From positions 362-64,361 of the forward strand of contig CAWBEG010000017.1 in assembly GCA_963787755.1 (NCBI GenBank): a stretch of DNA of 64,000 bases, read 5' to 3'. The stretch comes from Vicinamibacterales bacterium (lineage in GTDB: Bacteria > Acidobacteriota > Vicinamibacteria > Vicinamibacterales > JAMQPK01). The notes beneath the pieces are model-generated. The model was not told the DNA's origin and made no database searches. It saw only the letters and a list, made by a program, of their open reading frames with translations. A program made the translations under genes and the position numbers. Positions 38,519 to 48,349 of the stretch are shown one piece after another. How positions within the stretch are numbered: the stretch's first letter is position 1; every line of letters starts with the position of its first letter.

Positions 38519-39292
38519 GTGCGCGGCCTCTCGCTGTGTGCCCTGGCAGCGCTTCTCATCGCGAGCTCAGATGCCCGGGCGCAGACCGCTCCCGGTCAAT
38601 CGCGTGCCCTGCGCGCTGCGTTTCTTGCGGCGAATCCCGCGATGACGGTGAAGGATCCCGTCACAGGCGCGGTTGGCGGGCCGGCCGTGGACCTCGCCCG
38701 AGAACTAGCTCAACGGCGCGGTGTTGAAGTCATCCTGATCGGCGTCCAGACACCGCAAGACGTCATTGATGCCGTCCGGAACGGCGACGCCGACATCGGA
38801 TTCGTTGCCTACAACCCGGAGCGCGAAGGGCCTGTCCTGTTCTCTCGGCCGTTCATGTTGGTGCTCCAGACGTTCGTCGTCCGCGAGGATTCGCCGCTTC
38901 AGTCCGTCACGGAGATCGACCGGCCGAATCAAAGGATTGGCGCACGACGTGCGGATTCGATGGCCCTCTATCTGGGTCGCACGCTGAAGCAGGCTCAACT
39001 CGTCGAGATTGCTGAGCCCAAAGGAACTGAGGGCACCCAAGGTGTGCTGAGCGGTCAGTGGGACGCCTTCGGCACAAACCGTCAGCGCCTCACCGAAGCC
39101 CTGCGAAACGCGCCAGGGCTGCGTCTGCTGAAGGACGATCTTTACGGCGTGGAGCAGACCATCATCGTGCCGAAGGGTGATCAGGACAACCTGAAAGCCG
39201 TCAATCAGTTCATCGACGACACCCGGACGTCGGGATTCCTGCACGCAACCATCGAGCGGAGCGGCATCATCGGGATCGCGGTAGCGCCCTAG
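38519..39292 (+). CDS. ABC-transporter substrate-binding protein, family 3 (amino-acid-binding type)
   Basis: GTG 38519 follows AGGAGG. VRGLSLCALAALLIASSDARAQ; ..GPAVDLARELAQRRGVEV..DVIDAVRNGDADIGFVAYNPER.. No permease or ATPase gene is adjacent. Confidence 0.7.
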   Translation: MRGLSLCALAALLIASSDARAQTAPGQSRALRAAFLAANPAMTVKDPVTGAVGGPAVDLARELAQRRGVEVILIGVQTPQDVIDAVRNGDADIGFVAYNPEREGPVLFSRPFMLVLQTFVVREDSPLQSVTEIDRPNQRIGARRADSMALYLGRTLKQAQLVEIAEPKGTEGTQGVLSGQWDAFGTNRQRLTEALRNAPGLRLLKDDLYGVEQTIIVPKGDQDNLKAVNQFIDDTRTSGFLHATIERSGIIGIAVAP

Positions 39293-39305
39293 TGGGCTAG
39301 TGGCC

Positions 39306-39848
39306 CTAGTTGCAGGACGCGCTGATCATGCGCACGCGCTTGACGTCAACTCTACGAACCAGGATTTCGCTCTTACGCTCCTTGTCTTGATTCGAGGCCG
39401 GGAAAATGGACGTGTTGGGGACGTGTGCTTTCATCGTCCGACCGTCTGCCTTGACCGTCACATCTGTCCAGTTCTCTTTCCGTTCTGTTGTGATCTCGCC
39501 GTCTTTCACATCGCCTTTCAGGTCGCCCTCTACCTCGACGCGGTGGCCGATGTGTTGTTTCAGGTCGCCGTCTCCGTCGAGCCAATAGAACATCGTCGCG
39601 TAGTCGCCGCTCGTTCCCAAGGCGCTCGGCGTGACCTTTTGACCCGCTGAGTTCAACCACGGTTCAGTTGGCGCGTTCGTCAGCAAGTATCCAGAACCGT
39701 CACCCTCGCCGCGAATGAGACACCCCGACAACTTGACGTCCTTGTCTGCGGCACGGCTGGCGCTCCCCGCCTCCCCCGCTGTCACGACAAAAGTGCATAC
39801 CAGCAGTGCAGTTGCCATGAGGCTGCGCGTGAATAGGACAATTTTCAT
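39306..39848 (-). CDS. Secreted hypothetical protein
   Basis: ATG 39848: MKIVLFTRSLMATALLVCTFVVTAGEA.. Charged, beta-rich sequence. The region is visibly less GC-rich than its flanks. Confidence 0.5.
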   Translation of the reverse strand: MKIVLFTRSLMATALLVCTFVVTAGEAGSASRAADKDVKLSGCLIRGEGDGSGYLLTNAPTEPWLNSAGQKVTPSALGTSGDYATMFYWLDGDGDLKQHIGHRVEVEGDLKGDVKDGEITTERKENWTDVTVKADGRTMKAHVPNTSIFPASNQDKERKSEILVRRVDVKRVRMISASCN

Positions 39849-39947
39849 AAAGACCTCGTCTTGCAGAGAGCAATTGTGGTACCAGGGCACGGAGCTTCGG
39901 TCATAATCCGCTCCATACTCGCCCAGCCATCTTTCGCGGAGGGAACG

Positions 39948-41183
39948 ATGAAATCCGCACGCTATGCGTTGCTCGTGATCGTGTCGGCGGGCGCGTTCTC
40001 GGTGACGCGCGCCCCGATCGGGTCGTCAAACACAGTCGCCGCGCAGGCGGCGCAGGCACCGATGTTCGAAGTGGATCCCTTCTGGCCGAAGCCGCTGCCA
40101 AACCACTGGGTGACCGGCTCGACCATCGGTCTCTCCGTCGATGCGCAGGACAACGTCTGGACGATCCACCGCCCGGATTCGGTGGAGGCCAACTTCAAGG
40201 CGGCCGACCTGAAGGCGAATCAGGCAGTGGACGACGAGGTGCAGCCGGGCCAGCCAGCCCGTGTGAGCGCAACGGATCCGATCGGGATCTGCTGTAAGGT
40301 TGCGCCGCCCGTCCTCGTCTACGACCAGGCAGGGACGCTCGTGAAATCGTGGGGAGGCCCCGGCAAAGGGTACGACTGGCCGGACAGCAACCACGGCATC
40401 ACGGTCGATCACAAAGGGAACGTCTGGCTCGCCGGCAATGGTCAAAAGGACACGCAGGTTCTCAAGTTCACGAACGACGGACGATTCCTCCTCCAGTTAG
40501 GGAAGCACGGCGTACATAACGGCAGCAATGACGTGGAGAACTTCTGGCAGCCGACGAAGATCGTCGCCGATCCGTCGGCCAACGAGGTGTATATCTCGGA
40601 CGGCTACGGGAACCGGCGCGTCATCGTCTTCGACGCCGACAGCGGCGCGTACAAGCGGCACTGGGGCGCCTACGGTCAAAGGCCGGACGACGCGAAGATG
40701 CCGCCGTACAACCCGTCCGCCCCTCCATCGAAACAATTCAGCACGATGCACTGCGTCATCGTCTCGAACGACGGCTTCGTGTATGTCTGCGACCGTGTCA
40801 ACGACCGCATCCAGGTTTTCCGGAAGGACGGCACGTTCGTCAAGGAAGCGTTCATCGATCCGAAGACCTACCGGTCAGGATCGGTGTGGGACATGGCCTT
40901 CTCGCGCGATCCGCAGCAGACCTACATCTACGCCGCGAACGGCGTCGACGAGAAGATCAACGTGCTGCTTCGCACTTCGCTCGAAGTGCTGACGTCATTC
41001 GGCGACGGCGGACGGCAGCCCGGACAGTTCTTCGGCGTCCATAATCTGGCGACCGACTCCAAGGGCAATCTCTACACAACGGAAACCTACACCGGCGCCC
41101 GCGTGCAACGGTTCGTGTTCAAAGGGGTGAAGCCGGTGACGCGGAAGGACCAGGGCGTGCCCTGGCCGCAAGCCGGACGTTGA
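39948..41183 (+). CDS. Secreted six-bladed beta-propeller (NHL-repeat / peptidylglycine amidating-lyase-like) protein
   Basis: ATG 39948 follows GGAGGG. MKSARYALLVIVSAGAFSV..; FEVDPFWPKPLPNHWVTGSTIGLSVDAQDNVWTIHRP..NEVYISDGYGNRRVIVFD..FVYVCDRVNDRIQVF..GNLYTTETYTGARVQRF. Confidence 0.7.
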   Translation: MKSARYALLVIVSAGAFSVTRAPIGSSNTVAAQAAQAPMFEVDPFWPKPLPNHWVTGSTIGLSVDAQDNVWTIHRPDSVEANFKAADLKANQAVDDEVQPGQPARVSATDPIGICCKVAPPVLVYDQAGTLVKSWGGPGKGYDWPDSNHGITVDHKGNVWLAGNGQKDTQVLKFTNDGRFLLQLGKHGVHNGSNDVENFWQPTKIVADPSANEVYISDGYGNRRVIVFDADSGAYKRHWGAYGQRPDDAKMPPYNPSAPPSKQFSTMHCVIVSNDGFVYVCDRVNDRIQVFRKDGTFVKEAFIDPKTYRSGSVWDMAFSRDPQQTYIYAANGVDEKINVLLRTSLEVLTSFGDGGRQPGQFFGVHNLATDSKGNLYTTETYTGARVQRFVFKGVKPVTRKDQGVPWPQAGR

Positions 41184-41194
41184 GGGAAGACACC

Positions 41195-41839
41195 ATGTTG
41201 ACCCGTTGCTGGTCTGTGCTCGTATTGGCGATTCTGGTTTCGAGCGCCGCTGCTCAGGAGAAGCCCCTACCGAGAGTCGTCCTGGTCGGCGATTCCATCC
41301 GCATTGGGTACGCACCGTTGGTGGCGAAGCGACTCGATGGCAAGGCGATCGTCGTCAGTCCGCAGGCGAACGGCGAGGACAGTGGCAACGTCCTCAGGAA
41401 CCTCGACGAATGGGTCATCAAGGAGAAGCCGGACGTCGTTCACATCAATGCCGGCTTACACGACCTGAAGCTGAAGGACAAGAGCTACCAGGTGCCGCTC
41501 GTCGATTACGAGAAAAACCTGAAGACGATCCTGGAGCGCATTCAGAAGGAAACGAAGGCGAAGGTGATCTTCGCGACGACCACGCCGATCCTGGACGATC
41601 TCCACGCACAGCGCAAGGCTGGTTTCGACCGCTTCGAGGCCGACGTACAGAAGTACAACATCGCGGCGGTGTCGGTCATGAAACAGGCTGGCGTGCCCAT
41701 CAACGATCTGCACAAGCTGGTCGTAAACGGCGGCAAGGAAAAGTTGCTCGGGGGCGATGGGACGCATTACACGCCAGAAGGCTACGAACGGCTGGCAGCA
41801 GCGGTGACCGACAGCATCCTTCGCAGTCTTCGGCCCTGA
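41195..41839 (+). CDS. SGNH/GDSL hydrolase, secreted
   Basis: ATG 41195: MLTRCWSVLVLAILVSSAAAQ; VVLVGDSIRIGY (block I)..VVHINAGLHD..GDGTHYTPEGY (block V). Confidence 0.8.
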   Translation: MLTRCWSVLVLAILVSSAAAQEKPLPRVVLVGDSIRIGYAPLVAKRLDGKAIVVSPQANGEDSGNVLRNLDEWVIKEKPDVVHINAGLHDLKLKDKSYQVPLVDYEKNLKTILERIQKETKAKVIFATTTPILDDLHAQRKAGFDRFEADVQKYNIAAVSVMKQAGVPINDLHKLVVNGGKEKLLGGDGTHYTPEGYERLAAAVTDSILRSLRP

Positions 41840-41915
41840 GCAACTTCCTGTTGCGACCACGGCGCGATGCTGTATAAACAGACATCCCCGCGACAGTTGG
41901 CAATTCAGATGAAAG

Positions 41916-43170
41916 GTGGACGCTGGGGACATCAAGACGCGCGTTCGGAACATTCTGCTGACTCCCAATACGGAATGGCCCGCCATCGCGGAGGAACCCA
42001 CGCCGCCTGGAGCGCTCGTCAGCAGCTACGTGATACCACTGGCCGCCATCGGAGCCGTCGCCGGATTCATCGGAGGTTCCCTGGTCGGTACGACAATCCC
42101 ATTCCTCGGCACATATCGCGTACCGATTATGACCGGCCTCGTAGGCGCGGTCTTCACCTTCTGCTTCGCGATCGTCGGCGTGTTCATCCTCGCGTTCATC
42201 ATCAACGCGCTGGCGCCGACCTTCGGTGCACAGCAAGACTCGAACAAGGCGTTCAAGGTCGCCGTCTACTCGTACACGCCAGCATGGATTGCCGGCGCGC
42301 TGCAGATTCTGCCCGCGCTGGCGATTCTTGGCGTGTTCGCGGCACTTTACGGCCTGTACCCTGCTGTACCTCGGGCTGCCGGCGCTGATGAAGGCTCCAC
42401 AAGATAAAGCCATCGGGTACACCGCCGTGGTCGTCGTCTGCGCGATCGTGCTGTCGATCGTTGTTACGACCATCGGAAGTCTTATCATCGTCGCACCGGC
42501 CGCGCTGGGCACCATAGGCGCCGCATCCTCTTCTTCTACGAGCGAACCGCAGTTCGCCGCCGACACGCCAATGGGACGGCTCGAGGCCATCGGCCGCAAG
42601 CTGGAAGAGAGCGGCGCCAAAATGGAGCAGGCGAAAAAAAGCGGCGACACCGCGGCGGGGACGGCAGCCGCATTCGAGGGGCTGGGAGCCATTCTCGGCG
42701 GCGGCAGGCGCGTAGACCCGGTGAGCATCGATCAGTTGAAGCCGCTGGTGCCGGAGCAATTCGCCGGGTTGGCCCGGAAGAGCAGCAACGCGGAGCGCAA
42801 CGGCATCGCAGGCATCATGGTCGCCAAAGCGGAGGCCTCGTACGGCGACGATGCGGGCCATTCTGCGACACTCGAGATTATCGACTCGGGCGGCGCGACG
42901 GGCCTGCTGGGCATGGCGTCATGGGCCGCTCTCCAGGGCGAACGAGAGAACGATCAGGTTTCGGAGCGGACCGAGCGCGTCGGCAACCGCATCGTCCATC
43001 ACCGGATGTCCAAAACCGGCGGCACCCACGAATACAACGTTGTCATCGGCGACCGCTTCATCGTGACAGCCAAGGGCCGCGGCATGGAGTTCGACGCGCT
43101 GCGGAGCGCCGTGTCGGATCTCGATCTGCAGAAACTCGAGGCGATGAAGGGCGTCGGAGTTTCGAAATGA
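41916..43170 (+). pseudogene. Yip1-family membrane protein with a C-terminal soluble domain, one frame change near 42355
   Basis: ORF 41916..42407: ..IKTRVRNILLTPNTEWPAIAEEPTPPGALVSSYVIPLAAIGAVAGFIGG..ILPALAILGVFAALYGLY. It continues in ORF 42226..43170: LLYLGLPALMKAPQDKAIGYTAVVVVCAIVLSIVV.. to ..LEAMKGVGVSK. Confidence 0.75.
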
Positions 43171-43362
43171 GATCACGAGCCATCGAGCCCCATCTCGTAC
43201 CCCGCGATGCTCACGGAGTGAACAGTCCGGGGTTTCGCAAGGCTTTCAACCTGCCCTGGGGCATTCGATCCTCGTCCGTTGTGCGGCCGGGCCGTTCTTG
43301 GCGTTATGTAATAGACGAGGCGGCGGCAATCCGTCGAACGCGAAGCGGAATGAGGAGAGCAG

Positions 43363-44019
43363 ATGCGTCGAACGAGCGCGCCGGCCCGCACAACACCTTT
43401 CAGGCTCTGGACTGCTTTCGTTCCACTGGTCCTCGTCAGCCTGCTGACTGCCTGCAGCGACACAGACCGATTCACACGGCTTCCAACGGCACCTTCTCCA
43501 GCGTCACCTGCAGCCTCTCCGTCAGCGCCGACACCCACTCATCCCGCATCTCCGCCGCCACCGGCACCTTCTCCGCTGCCCTCTCTTGCGGGTGACTACA
43601 CGCTTACGGCAACGGCCAATGGTTGCTCAGCGGGCTTTCCATCTGAGTTTCGGAGGCGCACCTACACAGCCAGGCTCGAGGAGGACAACAACAAGGTCAC
43701 AGTCATCTTGAGTGGACCCAGCCTTGGCCCCGGAGCGACGAGGGCTGGACACAAAGAGCCGTACGTTCAGTCCTTATGGGGTGAGATCATGCCCACGGGG
43801 CAGGTGACGCTCACGAACTTCCTGGGTAATGACCAGTGGATATTCGTAGCCGACCAGGCGTCTCAATCGCACTTGCTGACGATCCTGGTGGATGAGGCAA
43901 GTTTGACTGTTACCCGGAACGGGCTTTCTGGGAGCTTCGCGGGCGCTTTCCTGATGTATCCCGATACGCGGGACCGCACGTGCGTTGCCACGGACCATCC
44001 CTTCGAGCTGTCGCGCTGA
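43363..44019 (+). CDS. Lipoprotein with Pro-rich linker, function unknown
   Basis: MRRTSAPARTTPFRLWTAFVPLVLVSLLTACSD (lipobox), then a PSPASPAASPSAPTPTHPASPPPPAPSP linker and a ~130-aa domain. Confidence 0.55.
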   Translation: MRRTSAPARTTPFRLWTAFVPLVLVSLLTACSDTDRFTRLPTAPSPASPAASPSAPTPTHPASPPPPAPSPLPSLAGDYTLTATANGCSAGFPSEFRRRTYTARLEEDNNKVTVILSGPSLGPGATRAGHKEPYVQSLWGEIMPTGQVTLTNFLGNDQWIFVADQASQSHLLTILVDEASLTVTRNGLSGSFAGAFLMYPDTRDRTCVATDHPFELSR

Positions 44020-44093
44020 GGACACGGCAGGGCTGGCCGCGTGCCTTGGATCACCAAGCTTCCTGTCCAGGGCGACAGACTCACGCGTCAGGT

Positions 44094-44129
44094 GCTCTAT
44101 TCGTTTTTCGCTCTTCGTTTTTCGTTACT
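44094..44129 (-). repeat. AT-rich tandem-heptad element, copy A
   Basis: Plus strand GCTCTATTCGTTTTTCGCTCTTCGTTTTTCGTTACT. On the minus strand: AACGAAA AACGAAG AGCGAAA AACGAAT AGAGC. Lies about 16 nt downstream of the stop of the minus-strand hydrolase gene (44146). 33/36 identical to copy B. Confidence 0.7.
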
Positions 44130-44145
44130 TCACTGGCTGATCAGT

Positions 44146-45282
44146 TCAGTAGCCAAGCTTCACTTCACCTTCGGACATTCCATTCACCTTGCCATCTCTC
44201 AGCCACTCGAGCGAAGCGTTGAAAAGCAACAGATGGTTCCTTTCCCACATAGCGTTGTGCGAGGAGCAGGCAAGATCGACCAACACCTTCTGCTTCGCGC
44301 CCAGATCTGCAAAGAGTTCCCGCACGCGCTCGGGCAGGACCTGTTTGTCATGGACGCCCGCCACCATCAGGAAGGGCGTCTGCATCTTGGCAACAATCGT
44401 CTGATTGAAACCCCACGTCGGCACCTGCGGCGCGCGGCGGACTCCCGTACCCGATGTCGAGCCGACCGGATCCGACGCAAGCATCTCGCTCCACACGGCG
44501 GCGCTCGCAGCAGGCTCATATTGATCTGGACAGCCGACTTGCCGATCCCAGTTGGCGGTGAAGTCCGACTGAGACTGAACGTTCATAGAAGCGTTGACTG
44601 AAGGCAACGGGTTGGGCGCGTCGAGTGGACCCGCACGGTTGTAGGCAGGCGCCAGCACGACGAGGCGCGTGATCTTGTCGGGGTTACGCGCTGCATATCC
44701 GCCCGCGCGTGGCCCACCTTGCGACCAGGCGACGAGCGACACCTTTTCCACACCGCGTAACCCGCGCAGGTGATCGACCACTGCTCCGATGTCGTTCCAA
44801 TCAGAACCCATCGTCGTGATGGCAGTGGGTCGTGACGGCGCACACGGCGCGGCAATCAGCTGCGGCACGAACCGCGCCTGCTGCTCCTTCGACAGGTTGC
44901 AGGGATCGTTCATCGCCGGCGGACGCGTGGACCGTCCGTAGCCCGTCATGTCCATCGAGAACACGTCGAATCCGGCCTTCGCCAGATATCCCATCCAGCT
45001 GTAGTCCTTGTACGGCACGTCGAACGAGACCTCCGCAGGCGTGCCCGCGCCATGCACGAACAGCACGACGCTGCCTGAGGCCGGACGACCGCGCAGCGCG
45101 GTACCTGGAAGCACGACTTCGCGGACGTAGATCTGCGCGGTTTGACCGGCAATGTCCGGCGCCGTCGACTTCACGCGCACGTAGTGATCAAGGGAAAGAA
45201 GATGCACGCCGTCCTGACCAAACCCGGATGATGCCGCCAGGATAAGAACGAGCGCGCCGAGTACCGGCAGAGTGCGATGCAT
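44146..45282 (-). CDS. Alpha/beta hydrolase, secreted
   Basis: Signal peptide MHRTLPVLGALVLILAASSGFGQ; ..VVLFVHGAGTPAEV..DMTGYGRS..VSLVAWSQGGPRAGGYA..MVAGVHDKQV..SSHNAMWE. Intact 378 aa. Confidence 0.8.
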   Translation of the reverse strand: MHRTLPVLGALVLILAASSGFGQDGVHLLSLDHYVRVKSTAPDIAGQTAQIYVREVVLPGTALRGRPASGSVVLFVHGAGTPAEVSFDVPYKDYSWMGYLAKAGFDVFSMDMTGYGRSTRPPAMNDPCNLSKEQQARFVPQLIAAPCAPSRPTAITTMGSDWNDIGAVVDHLRGLRGVEKVSLVAWSQGGPRAGGYAARNPDKITRLVVLAPAYNRAGPLDAPNPLPSVNASMNVQSQSDFTANWDRQVGCPDQYEPAASAAVWSEMLASDPVGSTSGTGVRRAPQVPTWGFNQTIVAKMQTPFLMVAGVHDKQVLPERVRELFADLGAKQKVLVDLACSSHNAMWERNHLLLFNASLEWLRDGKVNGMSEGEVKLGY

Positions 45283-45300
45283 TATGTCTGTTCCTTGATG

Positions 45301-46113
45301 TCACGAACTTGGGCGTCGGGCCCACACCTGTACCACTCGCGGCGTGCCAACCACCGTGTCGGGATTGGCGGCGAACTCATAGAGCTCCCGGACCAGGTCG
45401 TCGATCTCTGTTTGCGAAGCCAGGCCATCTGCGAGAACAGCCCCGGCAATATTCTCCATGGTGAGAGGGGTGAGCAGTTTGACTTCCCCTTCCATTGCGA
45501 TGGGTTGGACGACGCTGATGCCGACAGCGTCAAACCCACCCAGTTTCAACAGCTCCGGCAGCCGGGGTCCGATGTTCGGATCGCCGCCTCTCCGTACGAC
45601 GGTGGCACAATACAGTTCGCAATAGCGCCGAAATGCCTTCGACTCAGGGTAAGCAAAATACCCACTAAAATCGATGTCCTCGACTCCGATACGCCCACCC
45701 GGACGCAGGTGTCTGTAGAGCACCCTGACCGCGCCTGCGGGATCGCTCAAATGTGTGAGGAGGAACCTCGCATACACGACGTCGAACGAAGCTGGCACGT
45801 TCGCTTCGCGGATGTCTGACAGCTGGAACTCTACGTTCCGCACGCCCTCTTGTGCTGCTTCCGCGCGGGCTATCTGCAATTTCGTCTCGTCGATGTCGAC
45901 GCCGACGACCGAGCCGCGAGGAGCGACCTTGTGAGCCAACTCCAGCGTCGCGTCTCCTCCGCCACAGCCGACATCGAGGCATACGAGTCCATCAGTCAGG
46001 CCGAGGCGCTCGAAGAGCGACAAAGAACTCGGACGCATGACGCGCCCGAGGATGCGTAGCCGTTCGCGTCCCTCGAGACCGCCCCGGATTACGTAGTGAG
46101 TGGTATCGGCCAT
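45301..46113 (-). CDS. Class I SAM-dependent methyltransferase
   Basis: ..GLVCLDVGCGGGDATLELAHKVAPRGSVVGVDIDE..VEFQLSDI..FDVVYARFLLTHLSDP..LRPGGRIGVEDID. Confidence 0.8.
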   Translation of the reverse strand: MADTTHYVIRGGLEGRERLRILGRVMRPSSLSLFERLGLTDGLVCLDVGCGGGDATLELAHKVAPRGSVVGVDIDETKLQIARAEAAQEGVRNVEFQLSDIREANVPASFDVVYARFLLTHLSDPAGAVRVLYRHLRPGGRIGVEDIDFSGYFAYPESKAFRRYCELYCATVVRRGGDPNIGPRLPELLKLGGFDAVGISVVQPIAMEGEVKLLTPLTMENIAGAVLADGLASQTEIDDLVRELYEFAANPDTVVGTPRVVQVWARRPSS

Positions 46114-46312
46114 CGGTGATCTCCTGACGGGTCAAGCGCTGTGGCGGCCAACCGGCGGCGGATTCTAGCACGCGTCGATTCTCAGCGACTCACGCGAACC
46201 GGCGGCGACCGCGCTACCGCCCATTTCTTGATCCAGATCAATAGACATCCACGACCGCCGAGCTATCGTGGTCCCGTATTCGGGCGATCTCAAACAACGA
46301 CTGGAGAAAGCA

Positions 46313-47734
46313 ATGAAGGTGATAGCAACAACGGCGGGCATTTTGATGTTGATGGTGGGCCTGCAGGCCCAGATTCCGGATTTCACCCCACAGACGCCCC
46401 TCATCGGGGCGCTGCTGCACAACGACGCAGCTGAAGCCATTCGGCTGCTGCGGGAGGGAGTCGATCCGAACGAAGGGCGGTTCGGCGGTCTCCCCCCGGT
46501 GATTCTCGCAGCCGCACGTCAGGACGTAGAGCTGGTGCGGCTGATGGTGGCCAAGGGCGCCGATCCGAACGTGCGCGACCGCTCGGGCTCCACGGCACTG
46601 ATGTGGGGGGCGTTCAATGACACAGGCGATGCAGCCATGGTGGAGGCGCTCATCGTCCTTGGCGCCGATCCTCTTGCTTCGAACAAAGCCGGAGAGACGG
46701 CGCTGGACTGGGCGCTGCGGCGAGGAGAGACTGCGGCGGTGGCGACGTTGCGAAAGGCAGGTGCTTCGGACAGTGGAAAAATGCGTTCGTCAGCACAGAA
46801 GGCCCTTGCCCTGCTTCAACAAAGCGGAGCGCAATTCAGCAATACGTCGAGGTGCAGCTCGTGCCATCACCAATCCCTGCCGCAGATGGCGTTCGGGATC
46901 GCCCGCACGCGTGGTCTCGAGATCGACGAACCGCTCGTCGAGAAACAGGTCGACGGGGCTATCTCGCAGCTGAAATCTGCCGCCGCGGAAGCGCTGCAGA
47001 ATCGCGACCGGATTCCCGATCCGCCCATCGCCATCAGCTACGCACTCCTTGGATTTGACGCCAGCGGTCACCCGCCCGACGAGGTCACCGCGGCAATGGC
47101 GGAAGTGGTCTCCGCCTGGCAGGACGATAGCGGCCGCTTCCACTCGCTACCACCGATCAGGCCGCCGCTCGAATCCAGCGACGTAACCGCCACAGCCCTG
47201 AGTCTGCGAGCCATTCAGCGGTACGGCTCACAGCAGCGAGAGCGAGTGACGCGAGCAGTCGACTGGCTGCGCGCGGCAAAGCCGCGCACGACCGAGGACC
47301 ATGCGATGCAGCTGCTGGGGCTTGCCTGGGGGCAGGCGCGTCCGCACGACATCCGCAAATCCACGGCGCCGCTGCTGGCGCTTCAGCGACAGGACGGAGG
47401 CTGGGCACAGCTGCCGACGCTCGAGACAGACGCATACGCGACGGGACAGGCACTTGTCGCGCTGCAGACTTCCGGTTACGCCGTTTCGAGCTCGCAGTAT
47501 CAACGGGGAGTTGCGTTCCTTCTGCGAACGCAGTTTCCCGACGGGTCGTGGCTCGTCCGCACTCGTACGTTTCCGGTGCAAATGCCGAAGGACAGCGGAT
47601 TCCCCCACGGAATGCACCAGTGGATCTCGGCCGCCGGTACGAGTTGGGCGACGATGGCGATCCTGCTGGCGCTGCCGATGCAACAGCCCACGGAGGCCCC
47701 TATTTGCTCGCGAGCTTCCTGCGGATTCGACTGA
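46313..47734 (+). CDS. Secreted ankyrin-repeat protein fused to a prenyltransferase/terpene-cyclase-like alpha-toroid, with a CxxCH motif
   Basis: ATG 46313 follows GGAGAAAG. Ankyrin repeats: ..LLHNDAAEAIRLLREGVDPNE..ILAAARQDVELVRLMVAKGADPNVRD..GSTALMWGA.. CxxCH motif: RCSSCHHQSLPQMA. QxxDGxW-type repeats: LQRQDGGWAQL, RTQFPDGSW. Confidence 0.7.
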   Translation: MKVIATTAGILMLMVGLQAQIPDFTPQTPLIGALLHNDAAEAIRLLREGVDPNEGRFGGLPPVILAAARQDVELVRLMVAKGADPNVRDRSGSTALMWGAFNDTGDAAMVEALIVLGADPLASNKAGETALDWALRRGETAAVATLRKAGASDSGKMRSSAQKALALLQQSGAQFSNTSRCSSCHHQSLPQMAFGIARTRGLEIDEPLVEKQVDGAISQLKSAAAEALQNRDRIPDPPIAISYALLGFDASGHPPDEVTAAMAEVVSAWQDDSGRFHSLPPIRPPLESSDVTATALSLRAIQRYGSQQRERVTRAVDWLRAAKPRTTEDHAMQLLGLAWGQARPHDIRKSTAPLLALQRQDGGWAQLPTLETDAYATGQALVALQTSGYAVSSSQYQRGVAFLLRTQFPDGSWLVRTRTFPVQMPKDSGFPHGMHQWISAAGTSWATMAILLALPMQQPTEAPICSRASCGFD

Positions 47735-48302
47735 TGGTCTCGGGCGATACGCCCAGGTACGACGCCAGCATCCGTTGCGGGACCCTGGTAGCGATTGACG
47801 GGTACGTCTGCAGAAACGCCATGTAGCGCTCCTGCGCCGACGCACTCAAGGAACTGACGATTCGCTCATCCCTGGCCGCGGCATGCCGTTGCAGTCCCCT
47901 GCGAAAGGCATCCGCGTAGCCAGGGACTTTTTCAATCAGCGTTTCGTGCGACGGCGGATCGAGCAACAACAGCTCGGAATCTTCTACGGCATCGATGAAG
48001 TATTGAGATGGCGTACCGTTCGCGAGGCTGGACGCGTCGGCCAACCACCAGGTCTCCGGAGCGAACTGGACGATGTGCTCCTTCCCGTGCGCATCGATGA
48101 CGTACTTCCGCAGGCAGCCCCTGACGACAAACGCGGAGTGCTTCGCCACAACGCCGGCGCGTTGCAGAAACTCGTTCGCGCCCAGGCTCGCGGGGACGAA
48201 CATCGTCTCGATGAATTGGAGCTCGTCGTTGGTGAACGCCGCTCTCGCCTTGAGGTACGCCTCCAGTACGGCGAAGGTGGACGTCTGGTTTCCCCTTGGC
48301 AC
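47700..48302 (-). CDS. Crp/Fnr-family transcriptional regulator
   Basis: GTG 48302 follows GGAG. cNMP-binding-like part: ..FLQRAGVVAKHSAFVVRGCLRKYVIDAHGKEHIVQFA.. C-terminal HTH: RVPQRMLASYLGVSPETISRIRRKL. Confidence 0.8.
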   Translation of the reverse strand: MPRGNQTSTFAVLEAYLKARAAFTNDELQFIETMFVPASLGANEFLQRAGVVAKHSAFVVRGCLRKYVIDAHGKEHIVQFAPETWWLADASSLANGTPSQYFIDAVEDSELLLLDPPSHETLIEKVPGYADAFRRGLQRHAAARDERIVSSLSASAQERYMAFLQTYPSIATRVPQRMLASYLGVSPETISRIRRKLASK

Positions 48303-48313
48303 GATTCACTCCA

Positions 48314-48349
48314 GCTCTATTCGCTTTTCGTTCTTCGTTTTTCGTTATT
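48314..48349 (-). repeat. AT-rich tandem-heptad element, copy B
   Basis: Plus strand GCTCTATTCGCTTTTCGTTCTTCGTTTTTCGTTATT. On the minus strand: AACGAAA AACGAAG AACGAAA AGCGAAT AGAGC. It encodes the last 11 codons and stop (ANNEKRRTKSE-TAG) of the permease ORF and ends 11 nt upstream of the Crp-like GTG. Confidence 0.7.

Noticed and set aside
38436-38519. CACTAT..ATAGTG inverted hexamers in the divergent esterase / binding-protein intergenic region, as an operator
   Set aside because: Only 6 bp match, the half-sites are about 40 nt apart, and such a match could easily arise by chance.
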